64,000 bases of DNA, taken from positions 4,730,093 through 4,794,092 of the forward strand of contig CM082587.2 in NCBI GenBank assembly GCA_040954595.2, written 5' to 3'. Made by a program: the position numbers and the translations under genes. The notes beneath the pieces are model-generated. The model was not told the DNA's origin, ran no database searches, and saw nothing but the letters and a program-made list of their open reading frames with translations. The stretch comes from Balanoglossus misakiensis. Taxonomy: Eukaryota; Animalia; Hemichordata. The first letter of the stretch is position 1. Each line of letters starts with the position of its first letter. Shown piece by piece: positions 24,258 through 37,202 of the stretch.

Positions 24258-27200
24258 ATGTCTTGGAGTAGTAATCCGGCTGCCGCTAACGTCAGCATTT
24301 TACGCGGAGAGCGAGTGTCGTTTCCGTTCGACTTGCCGGCGACTTCAATACACAGCACTCTGGAACATCTCGTCATCCCGTACTTCGGTGGCACGGCCGG
24401 CGAGAGAACGGCCATCATTGACGGCGAGAAGAGAGTCACTTTCAGCGAACTCAACGCCAGGGCGAACGCCCTCGCCAAGGCAATCAGGAAACGCCTGATC
24501 GTGAAAAGATGGCAGACCCCGGCGTGCATCGGGATTCACATGGAACCGTCGGACAATGTCATCGTTGCAATATTTGCCATCCTCAAGCTGGGACTCGCGT
24601 ATTTGCCGCTGGATACGACGTACCCCACCAAACGATTATCGCGAATGATTGAGCAGAGTAAGCCGGTGTGCGTCTTGACGACGGAGGGGGCGCTCAGCGA
24701 CGCCATGAACGCGGTGCTCAGGGACGTCTCTGCGGGCAGCGCACCGCAGGTGTTTCTGATCAACGAGCTTGAGAACGGGGATGAAAACAAGAATCTGTAC
24801 CGGTCGTACCGGCTGGACGAGCACGACAAACTCATGTCCAACGGCGACTCGGCGACCGCCTGTGTTTTGTATACGTCAGGATCCACCGGGTTGCCGAAGG
24901 GCGTCATCATCTCCCACAGGGCCATCCTGCACCGCGTCTCGGCTCTCTGGAACTCCTTCAATTTCACCAGCAAAGACGTGGGCTGCTTCAAGGCCTGTCT
25001 CAGCTACGTCGACGCCATCACTGAAATATTCGGCTTCCTGCTGCGCGGGAGCGCCGTCGTAGTCGCCCCGCGCTGCATCACCTCCACGCCGGCGAGATTC
25101 ATCGACCTGCTTGACAAGCACGACGTCACGTGGTTGCTGCTGACGCCCACTCTCCTGGACGACATTGTGAAATTCCTATCGCAGCAGCAGCAGCAGTCGG
25201 GTTCCGGAGTGCTGCAGCCGCTGAAATTCTGGGTCATGACCGGAGAAGTGCTGACGATTCCATTGGCGGAGAAATTCTTCGAGTTGTTTCCAGGCAGAAC
25301 ACTGTGTTACCTCTGGGGGGCAACCGAGCTCACCGGTGACGTCACTTTCTCCGAGTACACTAGTGACGACATAGAAAACTGCAAAAAGCTGGGTAAAATA
25401 CCCATAGGCACGCCGATTCAAAACACCAACATTTATGTGCTGGACGAGCAGATGCAACCGGTCGATATAAGCGAGCCTGGGATAGCATACGTCAGCGGGC
25501 CCAATTTGAGCGACGGCTACTTGAATGGCACGGCCAGCGACATCAACGGTGGGTTGTACAACGGCAACGGTGCGCGCGGAAAGGTGCGCAAGGAGCCCAA
25601 ACGATTCCGCTACAACCCGTTCGACTACCACCCGCAGCACGGCACGCTCTACAACACCGGCGACTACGTGCGAGCCATGAGGGGGGCACCCGGGACGGGG
25701 GACGTGCAGCTGGTGTTCGAGGGGCGGACCGACTCCCGTGTGAAGATCAGAGGCTTCGGGGTCGATTTGACCGAAATCGAAACGGGAGTGTACGAGGTGC
25801 CCGGTATCATGAGTTCACATGTCTTCTGTCACACGGATGAGGACGACAGCAGACTGGTGGTGGCTTACTACACAGCTCGCGATATGAGCCCTGGCAGTGA
25901 TCCAGAGACTGTCATAGACTACCTGCGCACAACCCTCCCATCCTTCAGCCTCCCTCAGGGCGTGTTACGAGTTTACAGCTTCCCCTTGTTACCAAATGGT
26001 GAGTTTGTAATCTATAGCTTTCTGTATTTTATATCAGCTTTGATTTTGAATCAACTATTTCCCCGGGTATTTCCTCTGGAAGTTTTGAAAACTCCCGAGA
26101 CAGAATAGTAAAGAATGGGCTTCAACAAACACTTGTCAAAACAAAAGAGGATAACACATACTCGGAACAACTTATCCAAGCATTCTTTAATCCTCCGAAC
26201 CCAGCTCAAGGATTTCTGAATGACATCATACGTCATCAGGGTTAAGGGTGCAAAAGGTTAAGCTACTGTAGACTTTATTTTGCTCGTCTGAATCGACAAA
26301 ACCCCAACCCTCACACAGAATGCAATTACAGCCAAACCTGTATATGTTGTTATTTTTCAGGCAAAATCGACGCGGATTCCTTATTTGAAATGTATAAGGA
26401 TTCATTGCTGACACCAGAAAAACTCGAAGAAAAGATGGAAGAAAGACGAGCCAGGGAAGCGGAGCAGCAGAGGCAACATGAAGAGGAGTTGGAGAGACGA
26501 GCAGAAGAGGAGAGACAGAGGGAGGAAGACATGGTCAAGAAAGCCGAAGAGAGGAGGAAACACTTGGAAGAGATGATGAAGAAAGTGCAGGAGGAAGAAG
26601 AGCGAAGGGCGGAGGAAAGAGAGAGGAGGCTGGAGCAGATGAGGAGAGACATGCAGGAGAGGGAGGAAGAGCTGGAGAGGATAAGAATGGAGGCGGAGCA
26701 GAGGAGGGAAGAAGAGGAAAGAGCTCTGGAAGAAGAACTGGACAAGGAGATACGAGAAGCATTTGCAATCTCAGAGGAGGAAGTGCACGTTGAGGAAGAC
26801 AGAACAGTGGATGCTGAAGCCAAGCAGGAAAGTGAGGGTGAAGAAGAAGAAGGTGAAGACAAAGAGGAAGAGACGCATGCTGAGGAAGTTGGGGAGGAAA
26901 TGAAAGAGGCTAGTGATGAAGAAAAGGGAGAGGATGCCGCAGAGGAGAAAGGGGAGGAAGAACAGGAGTCTGATGAAGAATCTTCAAAGAAGGATGGTGA
27001 CGATGATGATGATCAAGAATCTGACAAAGAGTCGGAGAAAACAAGCGAGGAAGAATCATCAGACAATGAGTCGGAGAAGAAGGATGAAGAGCAGGGGCCT
27101 GACCAAGAGACTGACAAGAAGGACGACGCAGAGGAGGAGGAGGAGGGAGCAGAGTCTGACGAGGATATCGTAGAAGCGGACCATCCGATCGAAGAAGCGT

Positions 27201-29157
27201 CAAAACCAGCCGTGATCAAACTGACGGAAGACCACGCGGCAGAGCAGGCAATGTTGGTAACCATGGAGGAAAAGCAGGAAAATGGACCAAAAGTGGATGA
27301 TGGTGGTGATGGTGTTGATGGTGGTAGTGACAAAGTGGATAAAAGCAAGGATGACCACTTGATAGAGGAGGTTGTTGAGGAACTCGTCAAACAAGCTGAA
27401 CTGAACGAAGAGATGAGGCAGGCCGAGGAACCGGAAGGTGCTGAGAAAAAGGAAGGAACGCCCGACTCTGACAGCTCTGTCGAGAAGAACGCAGACCAGC
27501 CTGCAAAGCAAAAGGCGCCGACACCTCCTAACACACCCACCGAGGAGATGAATGGAAATGATAAGTCTTCATCGTGGTCATCATCTCCGGAACGCTCATT
27601 ATCGCCATCGTCTTCATCATCATCATCATCATCCGACGATGAGGACGAGAAAGGCGTTGCCAAAGATGCGACGCCTGATGTATGCAGAGAAATAGAGGGC
27701 GAAGAAAATGGCGACACTGACACCAAGAGGGGCGATACAGAAAATGGCGATGTGAAGGAAGAGGCGGGCGAAACAGAAGTAAAGAAAGAGGTTGAATCTG
27801 AGACCATTGCGGAGAAGAAGGAAGAAGAAGAGGTCGAAGTAGTACCACCGGTTCCTGAAAAATCACCCGAAGAAAAACTTGTGTTATCTGTAGTCTCCGA
27901 CATCCTCAGATTAGGTGAAGATGATTTCACTCTGGAAGACAACTACTTTAAACTGGGAGGTGATTCCAGTAAGTAAGAATCTATTATGTGTGTGTTATTT
28001 CAAAATTAGGATAATTTGTTATTTTTATCAAAAGCGCCGCAAATATAAGGTCATCTTAGTGTAATTACTCTCAAATCGAACACTGTACCCTTGCCCATTG
28101 AAATTGATAAATGTTTTATTTTTTATTGCAGTTAACGCAGTAGAAACAGTGGAACATTTGAAAGGCGGCGGTCTGGAAATGAATATGCCCTACTTCTTCC
28201 AGGCCGACACCCTCGGAGATCTCACGAAGTGCGAGACTCCCGCAGAGAGTGAGTTAAGCGTCGAATTTGAAGTCCCCGGATACGAACTGGTCTCCATGCA
28301 CGACTCCACAGTCAGGGAGCTGGAGAGGGGCTGTCAGTTAGCGGTGGACGGGTTCGTGAGGACGGAGCCCCTGACGGCGGCGGTCGACATCCCCGAGGAG
28401 GAGAAGAAGGCGTTCCTGGACACCGGCATGAAGATGGTCGCCATCGACGGGAAGGACTACTCGTTCCTGTTGCGCCAGGCGGGAAACCGCAAGATCGTCG
28501 GCATGGTGATCAACATGGACTTCCACGAACGCAAAGTGGACGAGTCCGGCGCCACGGAACAGATACACATGCCCAAGCTGAAGGCGTTCGCGACGTACAG
28601 CGCTCACCTGGAGAAGACGGCGCGTGACTTGGTGGACGTGAAGGAGGCTAAGCAGTGGTTGATACGGTTGGCCACGGTTCTATCCGAGGATGTGGATATT
28701 GGTGTAAAAGCCTCCTTACAGAAACTGATGGAGACAGGTACGTTCGCCGTCCCTTATAAGAACGACTTGCTTTGATTTTCGGTTAGCCATGCCAGCTAAC
28801 CAAATGTCCTATTTGTATAGGTGCTATATGACTGAATCTTTGCCGTACAGGTTTGGGATCGGTGTTACCAGTGTGTCACTAAAGACTTGATAAAAGGTGT
28901 TGATTAATTGTGTTGATTAACACATTGTCTACTTTGGTCTATTTTCAGGTTCGTCGGAGGTTGCCAAAGCCAACAATTTCAAAGGCATCTGTGGAGTGTA
29001 TTCCCATCCCCTGACGACGGCGGTTGCAAGGGAAGCCGGCCTGGAAGTCAGAAGGGAGTTTGATCCGGTCAAGGACTTCGAACACGATGGCGAAAAGTGT
29101 TTTGAAGAAGTTAAACCACCGGATCTGAGATGTTACGTATTAGCTAAGGAAATTTAG
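24258..29157 (+). CDS. Ebony-like (beta-alanyl-bioamine type) non-ribosomal peptide synthetase, A - long charged insert - T - AANAT-like C-terminal domain, ~1387 aa; exons 24258-25998, 26361-27968, 28132-28737, 28949-29157
   Basis: A-domain cores TFSELNARAN, LKLGLAYLPLD, YTSGSTGLPKG, YVDAITEIFG, WGATELTGDV, YNTGDY, GRTDSRVKIRG, PLLPNG|KID; phosphopantetheine site NYFKLGGDS|INAV; C-terminal domain FVRTEPL...YSFLL...KIVGMVINMD...VAKANNFKGICGVYSHPLT...DGEKCF resembles insect Ebony; exon lengths sum to 4164 nt, open frame. Confidence 0.92.
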
Positions 29158-31130
29158 CTCTTCATTCTTTTAGTGATGGGAACTGAATAGGAAAATTCAC
29201 ACAATAATTTCCCACCCCGCTCAATGTATTTTGATTATCGATTATGTGTGTGAAAATTAATATATTTCGTTCTGATTGTATACAGTACGTAGCAAGTGTA
29301 TATAATGCAAATTACATTATTTTCTATGAAAAAATCCACAACGTATAATAATGTATATTAATTGCGCTCTCTTTAACTCTCCAATGAATTGCACTATATA
29401 AACACCACTGAAATGACATCATCACCCTATAAATGTGCTGATATAATTATTTCTTTTTGAATTATTGTTTTAGGTTAACCATTTTCTTGGCTTTTTGTCG
29501 TCCTTTTCAAACAGAAGTTTTTAATCATGACAAAAATTCTCGTGATGTCAACACTTCCTTATGTACCTTGTGACTGTCCCTCTTCGTTTCCAAGCGCGAT
29601 TGGCCGATTGTACCGGGCATGCGCATCAAGCTACGCGCATTTACTCAGGTATTATACAGTAGTTAGAAAATACGTCATCGATGTTTTTTAATCGTATGTA
29701 CATTTTTGTTTATACCTTGCGGTTGAACCCGCGTGCTCCGTGTTCGTCTTTACTATAAGGAGTGTTCAATGAAATTTCTGTACACAAAATATTAAATTAA
29801 TGCATTAATTTAATTCAAAACAGTATATAGCCATAACGCTGTGTTTTTACATAAATATTATATGAATGAAAAATTGCCGGAAAACATTAAAAACTAACAA
29901 GTTAATGTGTGCGAAAAATGAACTTGAATATTAATACTAACGGTGCTTTCATTTTGACAGCTCAGTTTGACCCCAAAGCGCTCATTAATGAATAGTTTAA
30001 GAGTACTAGTAAAGAAAACTTAATTGTAAGTTATTTGAAGTGATTATCGTAAATGTATAACATAGATAATATATAAGTTCCAGCAAATTAATTATGATCA
30101 ATATGACTACTTTGCATATGTAAGTGTTCCGAATGTTCGGCTTTTATGTTTTCTTCAGTACTTGAAAAAGATAAATCAGCATTTTTTGTGTGTGGGCCCC
30201 TTCTAGTATTTTGTTTTTGTTTCCCATTATGAGATATCTATGTCGAACTTCGTGGTGAAATATGGCGAATCTTACTGAGTTTTTGTAACTCCTCCACTGG
30301 GGGTATAAACCAGGTGTTTGTTAATCATTTACCTGAACTTCCATGCTCAACCACGCACCCGCTGTCGAGTGTGTCATTTCTGTCTCCCGTGAAGTGTTTG
30401 CTTTGGCGGAGTAGATTTTATTTTCAGCTTTTGACAACAGAAAAGTATTCAGAGAACAACACTTTTGGCTGCGTCACCCAGAAACGCCCGTTGTCGATGA
30501 ACCCGTTGCTTACCATCGCTGACACTTCACACTTATCCAGGGTCATATGTAACTGTGAACTGTACTTGAGTGAAATTTGGGTCGACATCGGACGTTATAC
30601 GTTAGAGTGTGTCTAAGGGACTCGATGCTACATTGACCGCGGAGCCTCACTCTCCGGGATATGTGTTGTCTCAAGTCGTTCAAAGTGCTGTTTTTTTGTA
30701 TAAAAATTAACTGTGGCTTTAATCTTTAATGTTGCCTTTTATGTGTGTGGATACGATTATGATTTTTGTAATTATTGTACTTTTTGTGATTTCCATAAAA
30801 TGGAGGTGGTGACATTCTATGCTTTACTCGGTAAAATACACTAAGCCATATCAGTACAAGCCCAGGCAACCGGAATCAACGTCGCATTCGTTTGTTTGTT
30901 TGTTTGTTTGTTTTTCGGGAATATCATAACTGAATATTGAATAACCGATCGCCACAAAATCATTGCCATTGATTGAAAATTGTAACGTAGATTTAATATA
31001 ATTTGAATAAAAGTTTAATTATATTTCAGTACTAGTATGCGATTTCCTGGTAATGTGCCCACAATATAGAAATGAGTCTACGGCATGAACGATCGCACGA
31101 TGCGCAGTACGTTACCCGGTTCACAGTGTA

Positions 31131-31480
31131 GCATTATGACAACATCTGTGATCTTAGCATGCTAAACAACCTCTCAATCACATTAACCAATCGCAAGCTT
31201 CGCGAAACCAGCGGAATTTGCCAGATGGTCAGTGAGGTGCCACGTTTTCATCATTCGGAACTCACAATGGACGTCTTTGACGTACACAAATCTTGGCTGA
31301 AAGAAGCGACGAGAACGACCGGCATATTCGTTGCTCTGAGCAATTTCCGACGCTCAAGTGAAGTGAAGGTCATGACTGTGACGATATGGACCGGAATTTT
31401 CGAAGATTGTGGTAGCTTCATTGAAGATAACGTACATAAACCGTCGGCAATGGCAAGTGACTTGACACAAATCAAGGGTG
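31131..31480 (+). repeat. Interspersed repeat copy 1, homologous to 62823-63195, probably a transposon 5' fragment
   Basis: Shared blocks ACATCTGTGATCTT, GGTCAGTGAGGTGCCACGTTT, GGCTGAAAGAAGCGACGAGAA, CATTGAAGATA, GTACATAAACC, AAGTGACTTGA in the same order. Confidence 0.8.
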
Positions 31481-32821
31481 CCTTCCATCCTGGCTTGCAG
31501 CCCCCATTGCGCACATGATCTACTGTAAGTAACATTTCTTGTCATTGTTTCTCGAAAATTTTTAATTTAAAGTTATTCTATAGATTATGAATTTTCGATT
31601 GTACGTCAGCAAGCTAAGGTACTTCAAGGAAGTTCTGCGCGTCGACAAAACCCCCGAAACGTTCAGGCAAAACTGCGTGCGCGGTAGAAATGAAACCCTA
31701 ACCAAAGGTCGAGTCCAGCGCAGTTAGTATGTACACCTGGAAGAAATTCTTCCCAAGAGAACACGAGTCTGGGCACGTGTAGTGTTGTAAATCGCCTTAT
31801 AAGATAAGAAAAAAAAATATCCGACTTCAAAATATACATTGAAATCCATGATTTTTACTGCCGATTTTAAGAAAATGACAATTCTACAATTATAATCGAA
31901 ATTTGAACACCGGTTAGAGTTTAGGCCGTGTGACTGTACATATTGAAAGATTCAGTCGTGTGCGGGCGCTCCGGCAATGCCTTAGTAGGAAGGGTCTTGG
32001 GCGGCGAGCCGAGCGCTACGGCACACAGGACTGAAGCTTTCAGTCTAGGTGTATGTACTACTATAGTATATAATTATTATACTAAGCATGTAAACCGCAT
32101 AGATTTCGGCCGGGCGCAGCGCGATTAAACGATTTACACATCACCTTGCTCCACAAGCAAATGCTACAGTCAGTTGTGAACACCCCATAAATAAACATTT
32201 TAGGGTAATTACAAGTGAGCCCAAGGCCCAACCTTAAAATTGATAAAATCATGAAATTTGATCATACAGAGGCTTTTGGCATGGTCTAATTTTAATCTGA
32301 ATGATTCCTATGAGTGACGCGACTTTGTTCCTCATCATACAAATTCCAAAAAGCTTCCCGTGATTTTTTTAAAAGAAAAAACATAAAACAGCTCCATAGT
32401 TTAAATATTTGGCTTAGTCAACACACCTTTGGATACTAACAACAACAAAAAACGTTGCTAAATCGCGACTTGAACAAATAAAACAAAAGTCATACATGTA
32501 GCTACAGCCCACGTAATAATCAAACAATTTACGATCAACATGTAAAGCATAAAACGTTGGTAAAAAATCGAATGTTCAGCGATTGTGAAGCTTGCTGCCC
32601 CTAATTTATTCAGCAGACATTTTTTTACATGATCTCATGATGAATTCGAACCAAGACGTAGTCTACCTGATAGACAGTAAAATATAGGAAGGCTTAGAAT
32701 AGAACACAAATTTGTTTCCCTGTGTACAGAGTTTTTCTCTCTCTCTCTTTTTGTGTAAATTACATTGACATGGACGGATGTTTTTTGGGGTTCGTTTCGA
32801 TGGTCTTTGGAGAACTGTTCT

Positions 32822-34897
32822 TTACAAGGTAGCCGACAGGAGGGATCCGCGTGGAAGTCTTCGCGCGTTCAGGGTGCTGTGTCCGAAAGTCGTACCATAC
32901 CGGAACTTCTGACCTGTAGGCAGGGAAAGAGACACAAAATTAAGCATTGGGGGCCTGTATTCCAATCTGAACGTAGCGAGTGGATGACGGTTGTCAGGTT
33001 GACAGGAGATGGTGGCTGTGTTTCGAATAGCGCCCCCAGCGCAAATCACTGAGGTGGACTGAACGTCCCCTTTAAATGCTACTGAGCCCATAGAATTTAT
33101 TGGTCAATACTGGTGTAGTTAATCTAACTTACCAGGTATATGCCCGGTATAATGCGGCACCAGACCGGATTGGATGGGATAGATGAGCTTGGTATCACGG
33201 ACCACCCTCTCCGGGCGCTCCAGGATCACAGGCTGGTTTCGACGTGCCTCGTTATTGGTGAATTCCGTCGTGAACTCATTCAGAGCGTCGTGGGTCAGAT
33301 CTGGGTAGCCCACTCCGAGCAGTCCTCTCGCCTTCGGGACGAAACCGGTGTAGCCTTGTTGAATGTAGAGGGGAATAATATACAAGAATGAGAAAATTAT
33401 GTACAATCTCCAAAATTGAGAATGTCCGCGGTACTTTCAATATGACCTCGGCCAGAAGTGGTCTCTCATCGATGTAGTGGTTGAAATGTAAACTTCTCTT
33501 ATTCGTGCCATTCATTTTTATTCCACATGTTTTTCATTCATTCATTCATTCATTCATTCATTCATTCATTCATTCATTCATTCATTCATTCATTCATTCA
33601 TTCATTCATTCACTCATTCATTCATTCACAGAATTACTATACAATAGATACCGGACATAAAACACTTCCTGGGGTTGTCGTTACTCATCCAATATGGCGA
33701 TGTACTATGTTGTTTGGAAAACTTCGACGAATACGGTTTGGCAGTAGGGGCGATGGCTTTCAGCGGCGATGGATATCGGGCTGTCAACAGCTGAAATTAC
33801 GAGCACAAAGAAACAACCGCATAATAAAGTTCTAAAGTTTAGTGTAAATTAATGCTGGTTATTCAGTTGCATAATGGACGATGTACATGCGTGTTGAGAA
33901 CAACCATGGCGGTACCACAGCACACGATTATTATTTCGGCTTACCTTTTTGGAAGCGGGATCTGTTATTCTACCAGACTGTATGGCGTTGATCGTGCGCA
34001 GCTCGTCCATCTTGCGGGAGTGGGCTCGTTGGTCGCGTTCGAAATCTGAGATGGCGTTGAGAGAACTGTCCGCGTACCTAGTGCCGAAGTAGTGTTGACC
34101 CTTGGGGATGTACCCTGTCAAGATGTTGGTAAAAATCAGAAATTGGTTAATATGAATACAAGTACACATGTATGGTGTCTGAGTCTTGTAGTGACCATAT
34201 GGTGGTGCATTTTTTTCCGCGTGTCCGCCCTAGTTAAAATCTTTAGTTGGCTAGATCTCAAATACCCATGGTAACTATGGCTACTGTCCTACCTTAATCC
34301 CGGCTCATAGCGCTTTCCTACCTCATTCTTGACACTAACAATTAGCACTATAACAAGGCTAACTAAAGTTCTTAATTTGCCTTAAAGAAATCAAGTCTTT
34401 AGGATATTAGGCAGCAGAATTGACCAGCGACAGCAAAAAGTCTCAAACTGCGTAGTTTCGAGCCCGTGATACTCAAAGTAATGTTTGTTAAGTGGAAAAA
34501 GTGGAGGGCACAAGCGTTTAGATTTACCACGTGTTTTGAACAAAAAATCCTGCTTATTGACTTTGCTAAAATTTGCGATAGGCAACTTCTTCAGGAGGGT
34601 GTCATTCTTACCTGTATATCCGGGTACCATGTTGGCCACCAACTTCTGGTCACCCCAGCTCTGGGTACGAGTTCTCAACAACTCCTCTCGGTGATCGACC
34701 TCGAATTCTGTGCTGGGACGAGGATAGGTCTCGGCCAGCACAGGGCGACCCGAGCTGGCCACTTCCGCATTGGTGAGCAGGCGCGAGGTGGTCTGACCGA
34801 AAGTCTCGCCAATCTGGTATTTGAACTGAGGGCAGAATCCGCAGTACCTGTTTTTGAGGAGGGTCAGAGATATCATATTGGATCATGATGATGACGA

Positions 34898-34993
<96 letters not shown>

Positions 34994-37002
34994 CATCCTC
35001 ATCCTCATCATCACCGTCATCGTCATACCCTTTCTGTGTCTGTCAGTCTCAGCTTATGCCAATGTCTGTTCGTGAAGTTCTTGCTTTGTTGCTTAGGAAC
35101 ATAAATTCAGAAAGCAACACAGTCATAATGTCGGTATACACTCTCTCTGTACTTGACCAATGTTTGTTTACGTGTCAACCGCAAACAGGTGGCCGGGATA
35201 CCTTAACGACAGGAGTACCGCAGGGGCCATCACGGTCTACGTCAAGAACACTCCGCTTGCAATCCTGTTTAAAGCGTAAAGCATCAATTTGTCCGAAATT
35301 ATTTCGGCTTAATTAAACGCGCATTGTGAAATGCCGAATATTTCCACTTTTAATCTTGCGTATATTTGAATCGGAAATCCGTTGCAAATGCGCAAATCCA
35401 ATCAAATTGAGGAAATTAGAAATATTATTCGGGTCAGAGGTCAAGCAGCCGGCCATTCATCAAAAAGAAGACAACCAATACTGCTTCTGTAACTGAAGTA
35501 AATACCCCATCATTTAAAACATTAGCATTTGACGAAGGAATTCTCGAAGAATAGTCTAAGAATTCGACAATTGGAATCTAGGCCCTATACGTTGACAAAT
35601 CCAAGGGAGAAAGCAATTCTCCGTTCAAATAAAGTTTCACACGCGTGGGGGGGGGGGGGAGTAAATCGGCGTTAATTTGAATACTAGTAGTCACTGTTGG
35701 GGACAATTTATCACACCGTGTTAATTAATAAATGTCCATTTCACCTGTCAACAATGGAAACAAAATAGCAACGTAGAGACATTTACAATGCACATTTCAC
35801 GGCCCGTTTCGGCAATTAAATCGCTTAGCCACGTTGCTTTTGTTAATTGATTGACGTTTTAAAAAATGTCCGCGCAAATGGAGCATGACAAAATCATGTT
35901 CGTCTATTTATTTGTACCAAAATGAGCAAGATCGCCGGGATAAACTGAGAACAGTTATGTTTGTATATATAAAGAAGGAGACGACGGAATGAAACGATGG
36001 TGTTCGGCGATCCTGGGACTCCGCGGAGGGACGGCAATAACCCGGCTCCGGCTGTAATCCCACTTTTTGTAATGGTCGTTTTTATTGTCGAATCTGTTAT
36101 GGTAAACTCGTTACAATAACAGACACGGGTAACCTAGCCCCGGTAACTGTGGCTAGAAATACGGTCACGAGGCTAACACCGAACAAACCCTCTTTTGTGA
36201 GAAAACTTAAGAGTTGGGTATAAACAAGTATTAGGTTGCGTCTGTGTCCGTCACACCTGTACGTGGTGGATGAAACGAGGGAGGTTGTTTTTTTATCGGC
36301 AATTTTACTCAAAACGGTGGTGATTTTCTTAATCGCTATCTGAAAACGGTCGTAACTCATTACCGGGATTGTTAAACCGATAAAAAGTGAAATCGACGAC
36401 TTCGTAATGAACTCCAAAGGGATTAACCTCTGAACCGAGACACTTGAAATGAGAAATTTATAATATGTTTTTTGCCGGGCGACCGAACTATGTGTAAATC
36501 ATATTTTTAAATGGTTGTCTCGACAAATTGCTTTTATTTGTGAGAATTAATAAACTGTCTAGTTCAGAAGGAAAGGGAACGCACCATTTTTTCATCTAAG
36601 AAGTAGGCCTAAACAAGAAAATGGGCAAGCGGTTTCTTAAAAGCGTATGTTGTGTCGGAAATGTGATACATCAGCCTCCTCGTATTACGTCGTCGGGATT
36701 TGGAAGTTGGAACAATATGCATAGTCCCATAGTTGTACCCATAACAGTAAAAAGATGGTTTGGTGTTGAAAATCACAACAGCCCCGAAATGTCATTTTGG
36801 GGGTTCGACTATAGCTGAAAATATAAGACTGGATGAGTGCTAGTGTGTCTCGATGATATTCTATATCTTTTAGGGGGTGAAAAACTTTGGGATGTTAGGG
36901 TACAGGTCTTTGGAAAACATGTCTGGAAAGTAACACTTACCCTGGTGTGTGGTAGGGATCAGGAGTCATCAATATACTCTTCCCGGGTCTTGGTAGGGGC
37001 AT
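32822..37002 (-). CDS. FAM166B: Ciliary microtubule inner protein 2 family (FAM166B-like); six exons
   Basis: MPLPRPGKSILMTPDPYHTPG|YCGFCPQFKYQIGETFGQTTSRLL, MVPGYT|GYIP, FMS|GYTGFVPKAR, GLVPHYTGHIP|GQKFRYGTTFG repeats typical of FAM166; exact vertebrate paralog not resolvable. Confidence 0.88.
33533..33628. repeat. (TTCA)n microsatellite, intronic
   Basis: About 24 tandem TTCA units. Confidence 0.95.
34898..35012. repeat. (CAT)n microsatellite, intronic
   Basis: More than 30 tandem CAT units degenerating to CCT/CGT. Confidence 0.95.
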
Positions 37003-37188
37003 CTTGGCAGAAAATTCCGTGTTCCCCCTCCAAAAATATGCCTTCACAGTAACTTTTTTCACTTCAGCGGGGAGTTCTAATCGTCTACATAGGGGACGTA
37101 CGGTAACAATGCGACGGACACAATCACAGACGGTGTGCCATTGAAGTCTGCGCGTTCTATCTGAACAATGGTGGTCGCGGCGCTGCCC

Positions 37189-37202
37189 GTTGCTAAGGAA
37201 GC
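37189..37202. promoter_or_regulatory. RFX X-box-like motif upstream of FAM166
   Basis: GTTGCTAAGGAAGC ~190 bp upstream of the ATG of a ciliary gene, resembling GTTGCCATGGCAAC. Confidence 0.5.

Noticed and set aside
26350-27942. Long Ser/Phe-rich antisense ORFs
   Set aside because: Shadows of the Glu/Asp-rich sense exon of the NRPS
34854-35316. Poly-Ile and poly-Ser ORFs
   Set aside because: Artefacts of the (CAT)n microsatellite in a FAM166 intron
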